Positions 1 to 12,090 of a stretch of DNA of 64,000 bases are shown in pieces. The notes under the pieces were generated by a model that saw only the letters and a program-made list of their open reading frames with translations, was not told the DNA's origin and ran no database searches. Both the position numbers and the translations under genes were made by a program. Source of the stretch: Eledone cirrhosa (lineage: Eukaryota); contig OZ024751.1 in assembly GCA_964016885.1 (NCBI GenBank), positions 20,770,001 to 20,834,000 on the forward strand, in the 5' to 3' direction. Numbering within the stretch: position 1 is the first letter of the stretch; each line of letters begins with the position of its first letter.

Positions 1-328
1 CTTTCTCTAGAAGACCTAGTACTGTACTATATCTCTTTCTCATTTCCTCTCCATCACTTTCTATCTTTCTCTAGAAGACCTAGTAATGTAATATATCTCT
101 TTCTCATTTCCTCTCCCTCACTTTCTATCTTTCTCTAGAAGACCTAGTACTGTACTATATCTCTTTCTCATTTCCTCTCCCTCACTTTCTATCTTTCTCT
201 AGAAGACCTAGTAATGTAATATATCTCTTTCTCATTTCCTCTCCATCACTTTCTATCTTTCTCTAGAAGACCTAGTACTGTACTATATCTCTTTCTCATT
301 TCCTCTCCCTCACTTTCTATCTTTCTCT
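1..328. repeat. 64-bp minisatellite, about 5 copies, with alternating actgtact/aatgtaat variants
   Basis: ctttctctag/ctttctctgg recurs at 1, 65, 129, 193, 257 and 321. Confidence 0.95.
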
Positions 329-723
329 GGAACAAATCAGCTGTACCCAGGCCTGGAGAGGGATGGGCTCCGCCAGGCTTAAAATCATTAAGAAACGTTG
401 TATGTCAATATGGCGTTCCTATGACTCTATCAGGAGTTACGGGATCATAAATACATATATAGAAACTACGTAATTTGGCAGCTACAGCTTGATGACGAAT
501 GTCTTCCCCCATCGGGTGGCTGATGTGGTCTGGTTACGTAAGCCGAGTTTGAGAAAATGAATGATCAGCGTTTGATTTGCCGAATTAAGAAGGGTGTGTA
601 CGGTTTAGTTTGGAAGAAGTTATACGTACGGGTTGGCTTTTGGTTTAGGGTGTTTGCTGGCGTTTTATGGGCTGATTGGAGCAATAACGGTCTTATTTAC
701 ATACACACACACTCCCCCCCCCC

Positions 724-798
<75 letters not shown>

Positions 799-801
<3 letters not shown>

Positions 802-900
802 CCGAGGTTAACTTTGCCTTTCATCTTTACGGGGGTCGATAAAATAAAGTACCAGTAATGTACTGGTTAGTTGCTGGCCTTGTGCCAAAAGTGGAAACAA
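799..900 (+). mobile_element. tRNA-derived SINE (family S1), 3' half
   Basis: gcctttcatc...gggtcgataaaataaagtaccag...gctggccttgtgccaaaagt matches the many other copies in the window. Confidence 0.9.
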
Positions 901-902
901 GT

Positions 903-1278
903 ATTATTATTATTATTATTATTTATTATTATTATAACAATATCTATCTAGGGCGGGTAAAATTCCCGAGATCCATGGACGAGTTCTCTCCAGTGGTCTC
1001 TGTCCCTCATCATCGCTGCCATGTCCTGTGTCTCCAACAGACCAGTGTCTGTCCTTAGGGCATCAACATACGTTAACCTTGGTCTTCCTCTTCCAGTGTG
1101 TCCATGTAGGGGCTCCCACAGGAGCACTGAGTGCAATGTCAACTCTGGATGTCGGTGAGCATGTCCAGCTAACCTCACTCTCCTCTGTGTCACTTTTGAG
1201 AGGCTCCCATACAGCTCTGAGTTTTTCATCCTCAGTGTATACTGATTAATGTTCAGAGCCATCCTCAGCATTCTCGTG
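903..1278 (-). mobile_element. RTE-clade LINE, 3' end (RT C-terminus) with (TAA)n tail
   Basis: TRMLRMALN...RRVRLAGHAHRH...GRGRPRLTYVDAL...DRDHWRELV is a typical RTE C-terminus. Confidence 0.8.
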
Positions 1279-1406
1279 TCATATTTGGGGAGGGTTATAT
1301 TGTTATACCCATCCAGATGGTGGATGGGTATAACAATATGACCCTCTCCAAATATGACAATATTTGTTTCAACACACGATTTCATATAAAAACCCTTGCA
1401 AAACAA

Positions 1407-1407
<1 letters not shown>
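1277..1407 (+). mobile_element. PLE 3'-terminal fragment with a 39-bp-arm hairpin, related to the terminus of the 24.8-26.8 kb PLE
   Basis: Arms 1277-1315 and 1321-1359; the reverse complement matches 34825-34892 and 24830-24855. Confidence 0.65.
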
Positions 1408-1456
<49 letters not shown>

Positions 1457-1458
<2 letters not shown>

Positions 1459-1632
1459 TCGACCCCAGTACAGTACTGGATTGGACTAGAACATTATTTA
1501 ATGACGGTCTCGAAAGGATGAAAGGTAAAGTTGACCTTGGTAGGATTTGAACTCCCAGAGTGCAGCGAGCCGGAACGAATACCACAAATCATTTTACCCG
1601 ACGTTCTAACATCTCTGCCAAATTCACCGCCT
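1457..1632 (-). mobile_element. SINE S1, diverged copy
   Basis: aaggatgaaaggtaaagttgacctt...gatttgaactc. Confidence 0.8.
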
Positions 1633-2516
1633 CTACATTTTCTTTACTAAGTCTTCTAACCATTCTCATCACCCCATCTCTCCTCTCCCACATCCGCCAT
1701 CAAATAATTGAATTAATCCAAGGTTAGAAGTACTTTATTATAAACAATATATTAATTATTTAAATAGAATTAATTAACAACTTCTAAAGAATTTTTTAAT
1801 TAATGTATTCTTGTGTTCTGTGGTGTTTTACTTAAGTTACAACATCCAGGTACTTCTAATAGTGCAACTTCTAATTAACAGGGTGTCGGTGTGACTTTGT
1901 TTAGGGTGGCAGGGTAGCATAGGTAGCATGGTGGCAGGGTGGCAAGGCAGGGCAGTGTGGAGGGAGGTAGGGTGACAGGGGGTAGTGGGGTGGTGATGGA
2001 ATGAGAATAAAGAAAAGTGTTTTTATATATATTTATTTATATTTGTATAAGTGATTTTCTCTGAGTAATCCATCAAACACACACACACTCTCAGACACTT
2101 TCAGACATAAACACACACAAACTCGCACAGACACACACACACACACACACACACATAAACACGCACACATACACACACATACACAAACACACATAGACAC
2201 TCACACATAAACACGCACACATACACGCACCGGCATACACAAACACACACATAAACACACAAACTCACATACACAAATAAACTCATACACACATAGAATT
2301 TGAAACAAACACATAAAAACAGCCATACGCGTGCGCTTACTTGCTTACACCTACAGGAGACACTGAACGAGCCTTTAACCGGTCATTCATCCTGCGAGAA
2401 ATAGCAGCCAAGTTTCTTTCAAGCCACACTTTTCCATCTTACATAAGTAAGAACACAGAGAGTCTGGTCCTTGATACATTGATTATGTATGTATGTATGT
2501 ATGTATGTATGTATGT

Positions 2517-2925
2517 GAGAGAAGACCCCTTAGCCTTTGTCAAGGCAGAATTCTAGGAGAAAGAAAACTCTGATATAACACCTGCAACCCTGATGATATC
2601 CAATGATGTTGACTTGTTCTTCTTTTTTGGTAAATGTCATCTTGGTTAAGAGAGTGGGACTGGCTTTGTGCAGTGCCTTTGTTCACTATAAAAGCTTCAC
2701 GGCACAGGCATTGCTTTATATCTGGAGATCTCTCTGCACTTGTCGTCACATGGTACCATGGGCCCAGCACTATGTGTCAATAATTGTCACAAGTGTAGTG
2801 TTTGTACCAGAGTTTTCAAGTCGCTGGCTGGACTAAAAAGTCACACTCGTTCAGCGCTTCGGTAGGGTTTCTGCTACATGGATATAAAGTAGTGGCCGTA
2901 CTCGAAAACGAGTTGGCAGCCACCA
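2517..2925 (+). mobile_element. Unclassified retroposon fragment flanked by (ATGT)n
   Basis: Near-identical to 27833-28118 with a shared right end, and (ATGT)n on both sides. Confidence 0.7.
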
Positions 2926-3382
2926 TGTATGTATGTAAGTCAGGTCGCTCTTCAGCGCTACTGGTACCATGTAACCCAGTACAACATGTGCATGGTCGGC
3001 GACTAAACCGGCAACCTCACCAAGCTTGCTTGTTGAGGAGGGTGATTTGGGATATCTTGCGGGATGAAAAAACAAAACCCGTCAAAGAGGGAGGAACTCA
3101 AGAGAGTTAACGGCCTCCCAATAAAGTTTTTTTGGGTTTATTGTGTGGAGCGAGAGACTCCTAGTCTTCATTAAGACATCTCTCTAGGAGAAGGTCACTC
3201 TAATATAGAACCTGCGACTTCATAACGCTTGCTAAGTGACATTTTTTGCGATGCATGGTATTGCTGGCTGGCCACAGGCAAGTCCCTAGGAAGACTAGGA
3301 AACCACATCCGTGATGCTCATGCTTAAGTATGAAGCGATGACATTACTAGAAATGTCTATGTATCTATGTATATATATATAT

Positions 3383-3724
<342 letters not shown>

Positions 3725-3831
3725 CATGCATATATATGCATGTATATATTTATATATGTATATATTTATATATGTGTCAAGAAATAGCCTTCGAAACGGC
3801 TTGAGCTCTGCCGTCGGGGTTAAACTTTTTC

Positions 3832-3862
<31 letters not shown>

Positions 3863-3928
3863 CGTATTTATCTATGTATATATGTATATATTTAAATATA
3901 TAAATATATATATATATATGTATGTGTC

Positions 3929-3964
<36 letters not shown>

Positions 3965-4289
3965 TGTATGTATGTATGTATGTGTGTATGATATATGTAT
4001 GATAATCGTTGTATATTTACAACTATTTCTACAGTAGAGAGGGGCTGGGTTGATGACAACGAAGTGTTTGTCATTGTTAACGGCTCACCTTACCTATATA
4101 TCAGGTGATGCTTATGAGCGTACTCCGTCATTCCAGGGGCCGCAACCTCTTTATCATCCTCAGTAGTAGTAGTAGGAGTGTGTTAACTTACCTAAAAGAG
4201 TATTACAGGGAAATTGAAACCCCCACCGTCCTATTCTGCGACGTTGGATTGACTGTGCCTGTCTCCCCTCACACGTTTTTTGCACTCTT

Positions 4290-4321
<32 letters not shown>

Positions 4322-4341
4322 AATATACATATATATATATA

Positions 4342-4538
4342 TAACGAAGGAAATGTGGTAAGGAACCAGGTGGACCATAACGCACCAAAGTACTCAATAC
4401 TTGAGGTAGTAGAGTGGGTAATAGGAACCAGTAAGACCCCGACGGCTGAGCTCAAGCCGTTTCGACGGCTAATTCTGGACTCAGAATTAGCCGTCGAAAC
4501 GGCTTGAGCTCAGCTGTCGGGGTCTTACTGGTTCCTAT
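4342..4538 (-). mobile_element. Fold-back PLE-type terminus, family A
   Basis: Tail 4342-4420 and near-perfect palindrome 4421-4538 centred on ctggactcag. Confidence 0.75.
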
Positions 4539-4556
4539 ATATATATATATATATAT

Positions 4557-4741
4557 ACGTTAATCCGGGTTGAATCGGAGGTAACCACAGTAAGTAAGGT
4601 ACTCAATACATAGCAGAGTATAAAAGTTTTAATATAGATGAGATTCTACAGGACTAGAACTGTTTCATTCATTAGAAATCATCAGATGATTTCTAATGAA
4701 TGAAACAGTTCTAGTCCTGTAGAATCTCATCTATATTAAAA

Positions 4742-4744
<3 letters not shown>
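4557..4744 (-). mobile_element. Fold-back PLE-type terminus, family C, with HHR core
   Basis: Minus strand reads CTGATGA-tttc-taat-gaat-GAAA-cag..ctg-TA; palindrome apex at about 4684. Confidence 0.75.
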
Positions 4745-4790
<46 letters not shown>

Positions 4791-4922
4791 GAAAAAGTAT
4801 GAACCCCTTTGTTATATATATATAGTTCGAAGTATCAGAAAACAAGAAAACCAGACAAACGCAGATATTATTAGTTTCAGGCTTAGTGAGAGTGAGGTGT
4901 GTGTGCTTATTATTAGTTTCAC

Positions 4923-4971
<49 letters not shown>

Positions 4972-5160
4972 GTGTGTGTGTGTTTGAAAGAATTTAATTA
5001 TATATAAATATGAAAAATTTATTGAAAAAACAGAGGAAGCAGCAAATAAATGGAGTTTCGATGTAATTGAAAGAAACTCTCAGGAGAAGGGGATAGCGGA
5101 AGGTCTTCAGAGAAGAAGCCTCGAAGCGAGTGTTTCGGCCCTTAACTATATATATACATA

Positions 5161-5232
5161 CAGGGTGTCCCCAGAATATCTATACAAACTTCAACAGCAT
5201 TCTAATAAAACCATGTATATATTTTTGGGTAC

Positions 5233-5238
<6 letters not shown>
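5161..5238. mobile_element. Tc1/mariner-type miniature MITE
   Basis: TA|CAGGGTGTCCC...GGGTACACCCTA|TA. Confidence 0.6.
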
Positions 5239-5276
<38 letters not shown>

Positions 5277-5397
5277 CTGGCCTTTATAACGTATGTTAAT
5301 TGCTCTGGTCTTCTTTTAGTCCATTGAGCGCTTGCCGCATATCTCGAAGATTGCATTTCGTTTTGTTTTTGACCCCCGCCGAAATACGATCTCGCTG

Positions 5398-5481
<84 letters not shown>

Positions 5482-5535
5482 AATCAAGAAAGAAGAGTGA
5501 CATGGTTTGCTATACAATAAGGGCTTTATTCACAT

Positions 5536-5643
5536 TGCTGACAATTGCTTCTCTGAACTGGTAGGTCTAGAGATCGCTACACGCCTGATTTTGCGTCAAT
5601 CGATCACCAATACTTTGTTATAACCAGTCTATTCATCAGAGCA
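5536..5643 (-). ncRNA. Hammerhead ribozyme-like motif with long stem II, core variant GAAG
   Basis: tgct-CTGATGA-(about 80 nt)-GAAG-caattg-TC-agca. Confidence 0.55.
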
Positions 5644-5933
5644 TGCGAGAATGTCACCGCGTACTCGCAGCATCACTATGGAAACGTCTTGTTGAGTCAA
5701 ACTTAGCCAAGCGTTAATACTATCCACTACTCGGAGTACTCTAACTGGACTACATCTAAGTGGACTCCCTATAACGATAATTTGTTATCCCGTATATATA
5801 TATATGTAGAAGGTGAGTAATATTGTAGAACAATAAAACTATGTATATATCAAATAAGTAGCACTCAACAGTTGGTAGAACTGGAGTATATATTAAAGAA
5901 GAAATTAAAAGATGGTTAAAAAAGTTCCATATA

Positions 5934-5999
5934 TTTTATTATGCGCATTTCGAAAACAACATCATCCTGGGACAAAAATTGTGTTCTCATCAGATAAAA
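5934..5999 (-). ncRNA. Type I hammerhead ribozyme
   Basis: ttttat-CTGATGA-g..c-GAAA-tgcgca-TA-ataaaa. Confidence 0.8.
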
Positions 6000-6100
6000 T
6001 AAGGTAACATGATATGAAGCCTAAAAACACTTGTCAACAGGAAAGTGCAAAGTCTACATGTATTGACAAGTGTTTTTAGGCTTCATATAATGTTGCCTTA

Positions 6101-6166
6101 TTTTATCTGATGAGGACACAATTTTTGTCCCAGGATGATGTTGTTTTCGAAATGCGCATAATAAAA
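6101..6166 (+). ncRNA. Type I hammerhead ribozyme
   Basis: ttttat-CTGATGA-ggacac..ttttc-GAAA-tgcgca-TA-ataaaa; 6-bp stem I and palindromic stem-loop III. Confidence 0.8.
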
Positions 6167-6841
6167 TATATGGAACTTTTTTAACCATCTTTTAATTTCT
6201 TCTTTTATATGTGTGTCTGAATGTGTATGTGTCTGTATGTGTATGTGTCTGCGTGTGTATGTGTATGTGTGTCTGTATGTGTATGTGTCTGTATGTGTGT
6301 GTCTGTATCTGCATGTGTATGTGTCTGCGTGTGTATGTGTATGTGTGTCTGTATGTGTATGTGTCTGTATGTATGTCTATATGTGTCTGTGTCTGTGTGT
6401 GTCTGTATGGTATATAGCGTCGTCACCATCATCATACACAAACAGACACTCACACACACACACACACATATATATATATACATATGTACATATACCTATA
6501 TATATGTATATGTATACATATACAGACACACATACAAACACACACACTCTGTGCGTTTTTAACTCTTTAGAGAGTGTGTTCTGTGTGTGTGTGTCTGTGT
6601 GTGTCTGTATCTGGGCGTGTGTATGTGTGTGTGCGTGTGTGCGTGTGTGTGTGTGTCTGTGTGTCTGACAACTAATATATTGTGAAGTTGACCTAGTTAG
6701 ATTTTTTTAGAGCAATAAATAAATAAATAAATAAATAGGTGAATCAATAAATAAATGTTCAGCTAAACTTGTTTTCAGATCAGTTTCTTAAAAATAGCCC
6801 CAAATTAAGAAAAATGGGGGATTGTGTTTGAAAGAAGTCTC

Positions 6842-6905
<64 letters not shown>

Positions 6906-6911
<6 letters not shown>

Positions 6912-7100
6912 AAATAAGATGTGAAGACTAAAATTCGAAGAGGGTTCGATAAAGATAATATATATATATAAAATATATAAAACCGTAGAGCAAATATTTA
7001 TTAAAATAACAGATTAAAGTTTAAGCAAAGAATCGCTGCTTTCACCCTTATCCCGTTAAGGGTGAAAGCAGCGATTCTTTGCTCAAACTTTAATCTGTTA

Positions 7101-7108
<8 letters not shown>
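6906..7108 (-). mobile_element. Fold-back PLE-type terminus, family B
   Basis: Palindrome 6999-7108 centred on acccttatcccgttaagggt-GAAA; related copies at about 20725-20880, 24745-24800 and 29619-29819. Confidence 0.7.
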
Positions 7109-7134
<26 letters not shown>

Positions 7135-7137
<3 letters not shown>

Positions 7138-7280
7138 ATTGTTTCTACTTTTGGCACAAGGCCAGCAATGACTCAGTACATTACTGGTATTTTATTTTAT
7201 CGACCCTGTAAGGATGAAAGGCAAAGTTAACCTCGACGGGATTTGATCTCAGACCATAAAGGGACGTAACTATGCTAGAA
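7135..7280 (-). mobile_element. SINE S1
   Basis: Matches the family consensus seen across the window. Confidence 0.85.
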
Positions 7281-7519
7281 TATATATATATAATAATAAG
7301 GAGTTGACGGACCCAGCATATTTATCAATGCCAGGACCGGTTGTATCTCAGGGTATTCCATGGGCAATGTAAGATACATCCCCAGAGTATACACATAGTT
7401 ATTTGCTTCAAGACAACACACGTTAACCTAATATATCCCTTCTAGATACTGTACCGATTGAGTTGTTATTTTTGTTTATCTTTTACACAAGCACACACAG
7501 ACACACACAAACACACACA

Positions 7520-7581
<62 letters not shown>

Positions 7582-7834
7582 AATGAGACGTATAGAGATT
7601 GTTTTAGCGAGAAGCTAACGGCATTCTATAACATATATGCGACTATAACGTCAAGATGGGAAAAGTAGTTAACGAAAGATTTAGGAAAAATAACTCAAAC
7701 TCATCTCAAAAGAGAATCAGGATATAAATTCATCCACAGAATTTAGTAAAATCCATGGAAAAATCTATGGACCTTTAACTCATGATAAAACAAAGTCTGA
7801 AACACTTATCCTTCAATTTAGAATAACATCAAAT

Positions 7835-7916
7835 GCTCTGTATAGTCTTAAAAGACTATTTCATGAAAACTTTCAGTGGAGATGGTCACGGTTGGAATAT
7901 CATTCATCAGCAGAGC
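7835..7916 (-). ncRNA. Type I hammerhead ribozyme with full stem III
   Basis: gctctg-CTGATGA-atga..tcat-GAAA-tagtct-ttta-agacta-TA-cagagc; the host repeat 7580-7820 is homologous to 19612-19850. Confidence 0.85.
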
Positions 7917-8339
7917 TCAACAGAAAACCAGGGCTCTCACAGTAATATAGTCTGAAAAAGGGAATTCTAAAACTGGCTAGTTCGCCTTCATGTGTATTTA
8001 TGAAAAAGCACATATATATATATATATATATAAAAATACGTGTGTGTGTGTGCGCGCGCGCGTATATGTATCTATCTATATAAATATATATATATATAAA
8101 CTTCTGTCGTTCATTCTAGAACTTAGGTCTCTTTATGTAGACTTCTGCATGTAATTAAATCAATGAAAAGATCGATACAACTAATATTAGACACCTACAG
8201 CCAGTGTGTGTACATTAAGTCTATTTGTGGGCAGATGAAAACCGACTAAAAACCCTTGAAGGGCTTTGTCCTTCCATAGACCGGACATTACTGTTAAAAG
8301 AATAACAAAAATAAAATAAAATAAAATAGAATTATAGAC

Positions 8340-9330
8340 CTATAACCAAATCAATACGATCGTGAACGCAAGAGGCCGAAATGGGATTCCTCCGAAGGGA
8401 ATTTGGAGTAACGTTACTCAAAGGCTTGCGTAGCTCGGAGACGAGAGGGTCACTCAAGGCAGGGCTGCTATTTCACCGAATTGAGAGATCACAGCTCCGA
8501 TACTATGACATGTGGTTAGAATGTCTCAGGAAAGAATCTCTGAATTGAGAGATCACAGCTCCGATACTATGGATATGTGGTTAGAATGTCTCAGGAAAGA
8601 ATCTCTTGATTGAGAGATCACAGCTCCGATACTATGGTCATGTGGTTAGAATGTCTCAGGAAAGAATATCTGAATTGAGAGATCACAGCTCCGATACTAT
8701 GGACATGTGGTAAGAATGTCTCAGGAAAGAATCTCTTGATTGAGAGATCACAGCTCCGATACTATGGTCATATGGTTAGAATGTCTCAGGAAAGAATCTC
8801 TGAATTGAGAGATCACAGCTCCGATACTATGGTCATGTGGTTAGAATGTCTCAGGAAAGAATCTCTGAATTGAGAGATCACAGCTCCGATACTATGACAT
8901 GTGGTTAGAATGTCTCAGGAAAGAATCTCTGAATTGAGAGATCACAGCTCCGATACTATGGATATGTGGTTAGAATGTCTCAGGAAAGAATCTCTTGATT
9001 GAGAGATCACAGCTCCGATACTATGGACATGTGGTTAGAATGTCTCAGGAAAGAATATCTGAATTGAGAGATCACAGCTCCTATACTATGGTCATGTGGT
9101 TAGAATGTCTCAGGAAAGAATTGCTGTTATATATTTTACGGGCAAAACCAGCCGGCACGAGACCCGGGGGTAGACCCTGAGCAAGATGGTTGGATAACAT
9201 CCATGAGCTTGGATGGTCACGCTTGGGGATCCAGTCGGATCAGTTGGAAACGGTTGTTTCTGACAGGACCCGCTGGAAGGAGTGTTTGAGGACTCTGCCC
9301 CTAACGACACACTCAAGAATAACTGGGGTG
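8340..9330 (+). mobile_element. RTE-clade (Expander/Rex3-like) LINE 3' end with an internal tandem array
   Basis: EMGFLRR...RIERSQLRYYGHVVRM...GTRPGGRP.ARWLDNI...DRTRWKECLRTLP. Confidence 0.85.
8478..9121. repeat. 64/65-bp tandem repeat x10 derived from LINE coding sequence
   Basis: ttgagagatc at 8481, 8545, 8610, 8675, 8740, 8805, 8870, 8934, 8999 and 9064. Confidence 0.95.
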
Positions 9331-9747
9331 AAGAAGAAGAAGAAGAAGAAGAAGAAGGGGAGAAGAAGAAGAAGAAGAAGAAGAAGAAGAAGAAGAAGAA
9401 GAAGAAGAAGAAGAAGAAGAAGAAGAAGAAGGGGAGCAGGAGGAGGAGGAGGAGGAGAAGGAGAAGAAGAAGAAGAAGAAGAAGAAGAAGAAGAAGAAGG
9501 GGGAGCAGGAGGAGGAGCAAAAGAAGAAGAAGAAGAAGAAGAAGAAGAAGAAGAAGAAGGGGAGAAGAAGAAGAAGAAGAAGAAGAAGAAGAAGAAGAAG
9601 AAGAAGAAGAAGAAGAAGAAGAAGAAGAAGAAGAAAAAGAAGCAGGGGGAGCAGGAGGAGCAGAAGAAGAAGAAGAAGAAGATGAAGAAGAAGAAGGAGG
9701 AGGGGGAGCAGGAGGAGGAGCAGAAGAAGAAGGAGAAGAAGAAGAAG

Positions 9748-9777
<30 letters not shown>
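9330..9777. repeat. (GAA)n/(GGA)n compound microsatellite, probably an expanded LINE tail
   Basis: Read directly from sequence. Confidence 0.9.
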
Positions 9778-9778
<1 letters not shown>

Positions 9779-9884
9779 CCTTTGGAATGTCTATTAATTT
9801 GTTTCTTTCTTTCTTTGTTTATATTTCAGGAAAGAAAACGTGTGAGATGTCAAAGAAAATGTTTAGTGTGTTCACTGACCTATT

Positions 9885-9936
<52 letters not shown>

Positions 9937-10137
9937 TTTCTCTCTGTCACTTTCTTTCCTTCTTTTTCTCTCTGTCACTTTCTTTCTCTTTCTCTATCTT
10001 TCGTTATTTCTTTCTTTCTTTGTCTCTCTCTCTCTCTCTTTCTTTCACCCCCCCCCCCTCTCTACCAGAAATAACCAACTATTGAAGCTCCTCTTCCTCC
10101 CTTTTTAATTGAAGTTTCTCTTTCTCTCCCATTCTTT

Positions 10138-10271
10138 CTACGGCCCTTGCCATTCTGAGTTCAAATCCCGCCGAGGTTAACTTTGCCTTTCATCCTTACG
10201 GGGTCGATAAAATAAAGTACCAGTAATGCACTGGGTAATTGCTGGCCTTGTGCCTAAAGTAGAAACAATTC
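10138..10271 (+). mobile_element. SINE S1, 5'-truncated
   Basis: B-box gagttcaaatcc plus family body. Confidence 0.9.
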
Positions 10272-10299
10272 TTTCTGTCTATCTACACACGTGACACGT

Positions 10300-10405
10300 G
10301 TGGTTGTGTGTGTATGTGTGGGCCTGTATGTGCGTAGCGGTGTGTGGTTGTGAGTGTGTGTGGCAGCGTGTGTGTGTGAGCCTGTATGTGCGTAGCGGTA
10401 TGTGG

Positions 10406-10439
<34 letters not shown>

Positions 10440-10765
10440 CTGCATGTGCGTAGCGGTGTGTGGTTGTGTGTGTGACAGTCTGTGTGTGTGTGCCTGCATG
10501 TGCGTAGCGGTGTGTGGTTGTGTGTGTGGCAGTGTGTGTGTGTGTGCCTGCATGTGCGTAGCGGTGTGTGGTTGTGTGTGTGGCAGTGTGTGTGTGTGTG
10601 TGCCTGCATGTGCGTAGCAGTGTGTGGTTGTGTGTGTGGCAGTGTGTGTGTGTGTGCCTGCATGTGCGTAGCGGTGTGTGGTTGTGTGTGTGGCAGTGTG
10701 TGTGTGTGTGTGCCTGCATGTGCGTAGCGGTGTGTGGTGGTGTGTGTGGCAGTGTGTGTGTGTGT
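10300..10765. repeat. GT-rich minisatellite, unit about 55-60 bp, about 8 copies
   Basis: gcctgcatgtgcgtagcggtgtgtggttg recurs. Confidence 0.9.
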
Positions 10766-11033
10766 CTCCATATATGTGTGTGAGTGTGTCAGAGTAGAGG
10801 TGTGTGTTTGAATAAATGCCGGTGTGTTTGTGTATGCGTGTCACCCGCTCATTCTGAAAGTTTATGTCTCTCTCTCTACCTCATTCTCACTATATACGTG
10901 TGTGTGTGTGCGTGTGAGTGTGTGTGAGTGTGAGTGTGAGTGTGAGTGTGTGAGTGTGTGTGTGAGTATGTGTGTGTGTGTGTGAGTGTGTGTGTGTGTG
11001 TGTGTGTGAGTGTGTGTGTGAGTATGTGTGTGT

Positions 11034-11128
<95 letters not shown>

Positions 11129-11424
11129 TGCACACATGATGTAGTGTCTCAGCTGGTTGAGCACAGCTGGTCGATCTAAGAGATATCAAACTGCCAGCTG
11201 AAGAAAAGGCATTTGAGAAAATTCCCAGGGACATGCTCTGCATAAAAAGTCAATAGTAAGGTAGACCACCTCCCTACTTACGACTATTGGAGCGGAATTG
11301 AGTTGGCCACCCGGGGGAAGTGAGTCTCGGGGGTTGGAATGGCTATTCCAACATATCTCTTTCGCAATCTTCCGAGTCAACGTTTTCATTATTCTATCTT
11401 CTTGGATTACGAGATGACTTGCCT

Positions 11425-11985
11425 CTGGGCTCCTACACACCACTCCGGGTCCTACACCCCAGAGAACACTCCTACACACCAGGGTCCTACACACTAAAGC
11501 ACTCTCCGGGTCCTACACACTAAAGAACTCTCCTTCACATCACCCCGGGCTCCTACACCCCAGAGAACTCTCCTCCACACCACCCCGGGCTCCTACACCC
11601 CAGAGAACTCTCCTACACACCACTCCGGGTCCTACACACTAAAGAACTCTCCTCCACACCACCCCGGGCTCCTACACCCCAGAGAACACTCCTACACACC
11701 ACTCCGGGTCCTACACACTAAAGAACTCTCCTCCACACCACCCCGGGCTCCTACACCCCGGAGAACTCTCCTCCACACCACTCCGGGTCCTACACACTAA
11801 AGAACTCTCCTCCACACCACCCCGGGCTCCTACACCCCAGAGAACACTCCTACACACCACTCCGGGTCCTACACACTAAAGAACTCTCCTCCACACCACC
11901 CCGGGCTCCTACACCCCGGAGAACTCTCCTCCACACCACCCGGGCTCCTACACACCAAAGAGATCTGCCCCACACCACCCGGGCA
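11425..11985. repeat. 39/40-bp minisatellite with two largely alternating variants
   Basis: ccgggtcctacacactaaagaactctcct and ccgggctcctacaccccagagaac alternate. Confidence 0.9.
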
Positions 11986-12057
11986 CGATGTAAGGTGGTC
12001 TTCTAAACAAACGTGTCTTCTGTTCTGCCTTATAGCACACACGCACACACACACACA

Positions 12058-12090
<33 letters not shown>

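Larger units (their letters stand above)
5805..6207 (-). mobile_element. Fold-back PLE terminus, family D (same family as the 21.5-24.5 kb element)
   Basis: Arms about 5895-6037 and 6063-6207; tail 5805-5893 homologous to 21487-21573. Confidence 0.8.

Noticed and set aside
2540-2770. Minus-strand peptide CREAFIV...LNQDD resembling a GIY-YIG end
   Set aside because: Weak similarity, and the truncation polarity suggests the element is plus-oriented
4421-4744. Palindromes as sequencing fold-back artefacts or classical MITEs
   Set aside because: Arms often differ by substitutions, only one arm has a tail, and breakpoints recur at the same structural sites in independent copies
9190-10074. 294-aa Lys/Arg/Glu-rich ORF
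   Set aside because: LINE C-terminus running into a (GAA)n microsatellite
11135-11425. Possible exon or RLE-LINE fragment (SRK*GGGLP, ETLHHV)
   Set aside because: Motifs are too short and broken by stops to support a call
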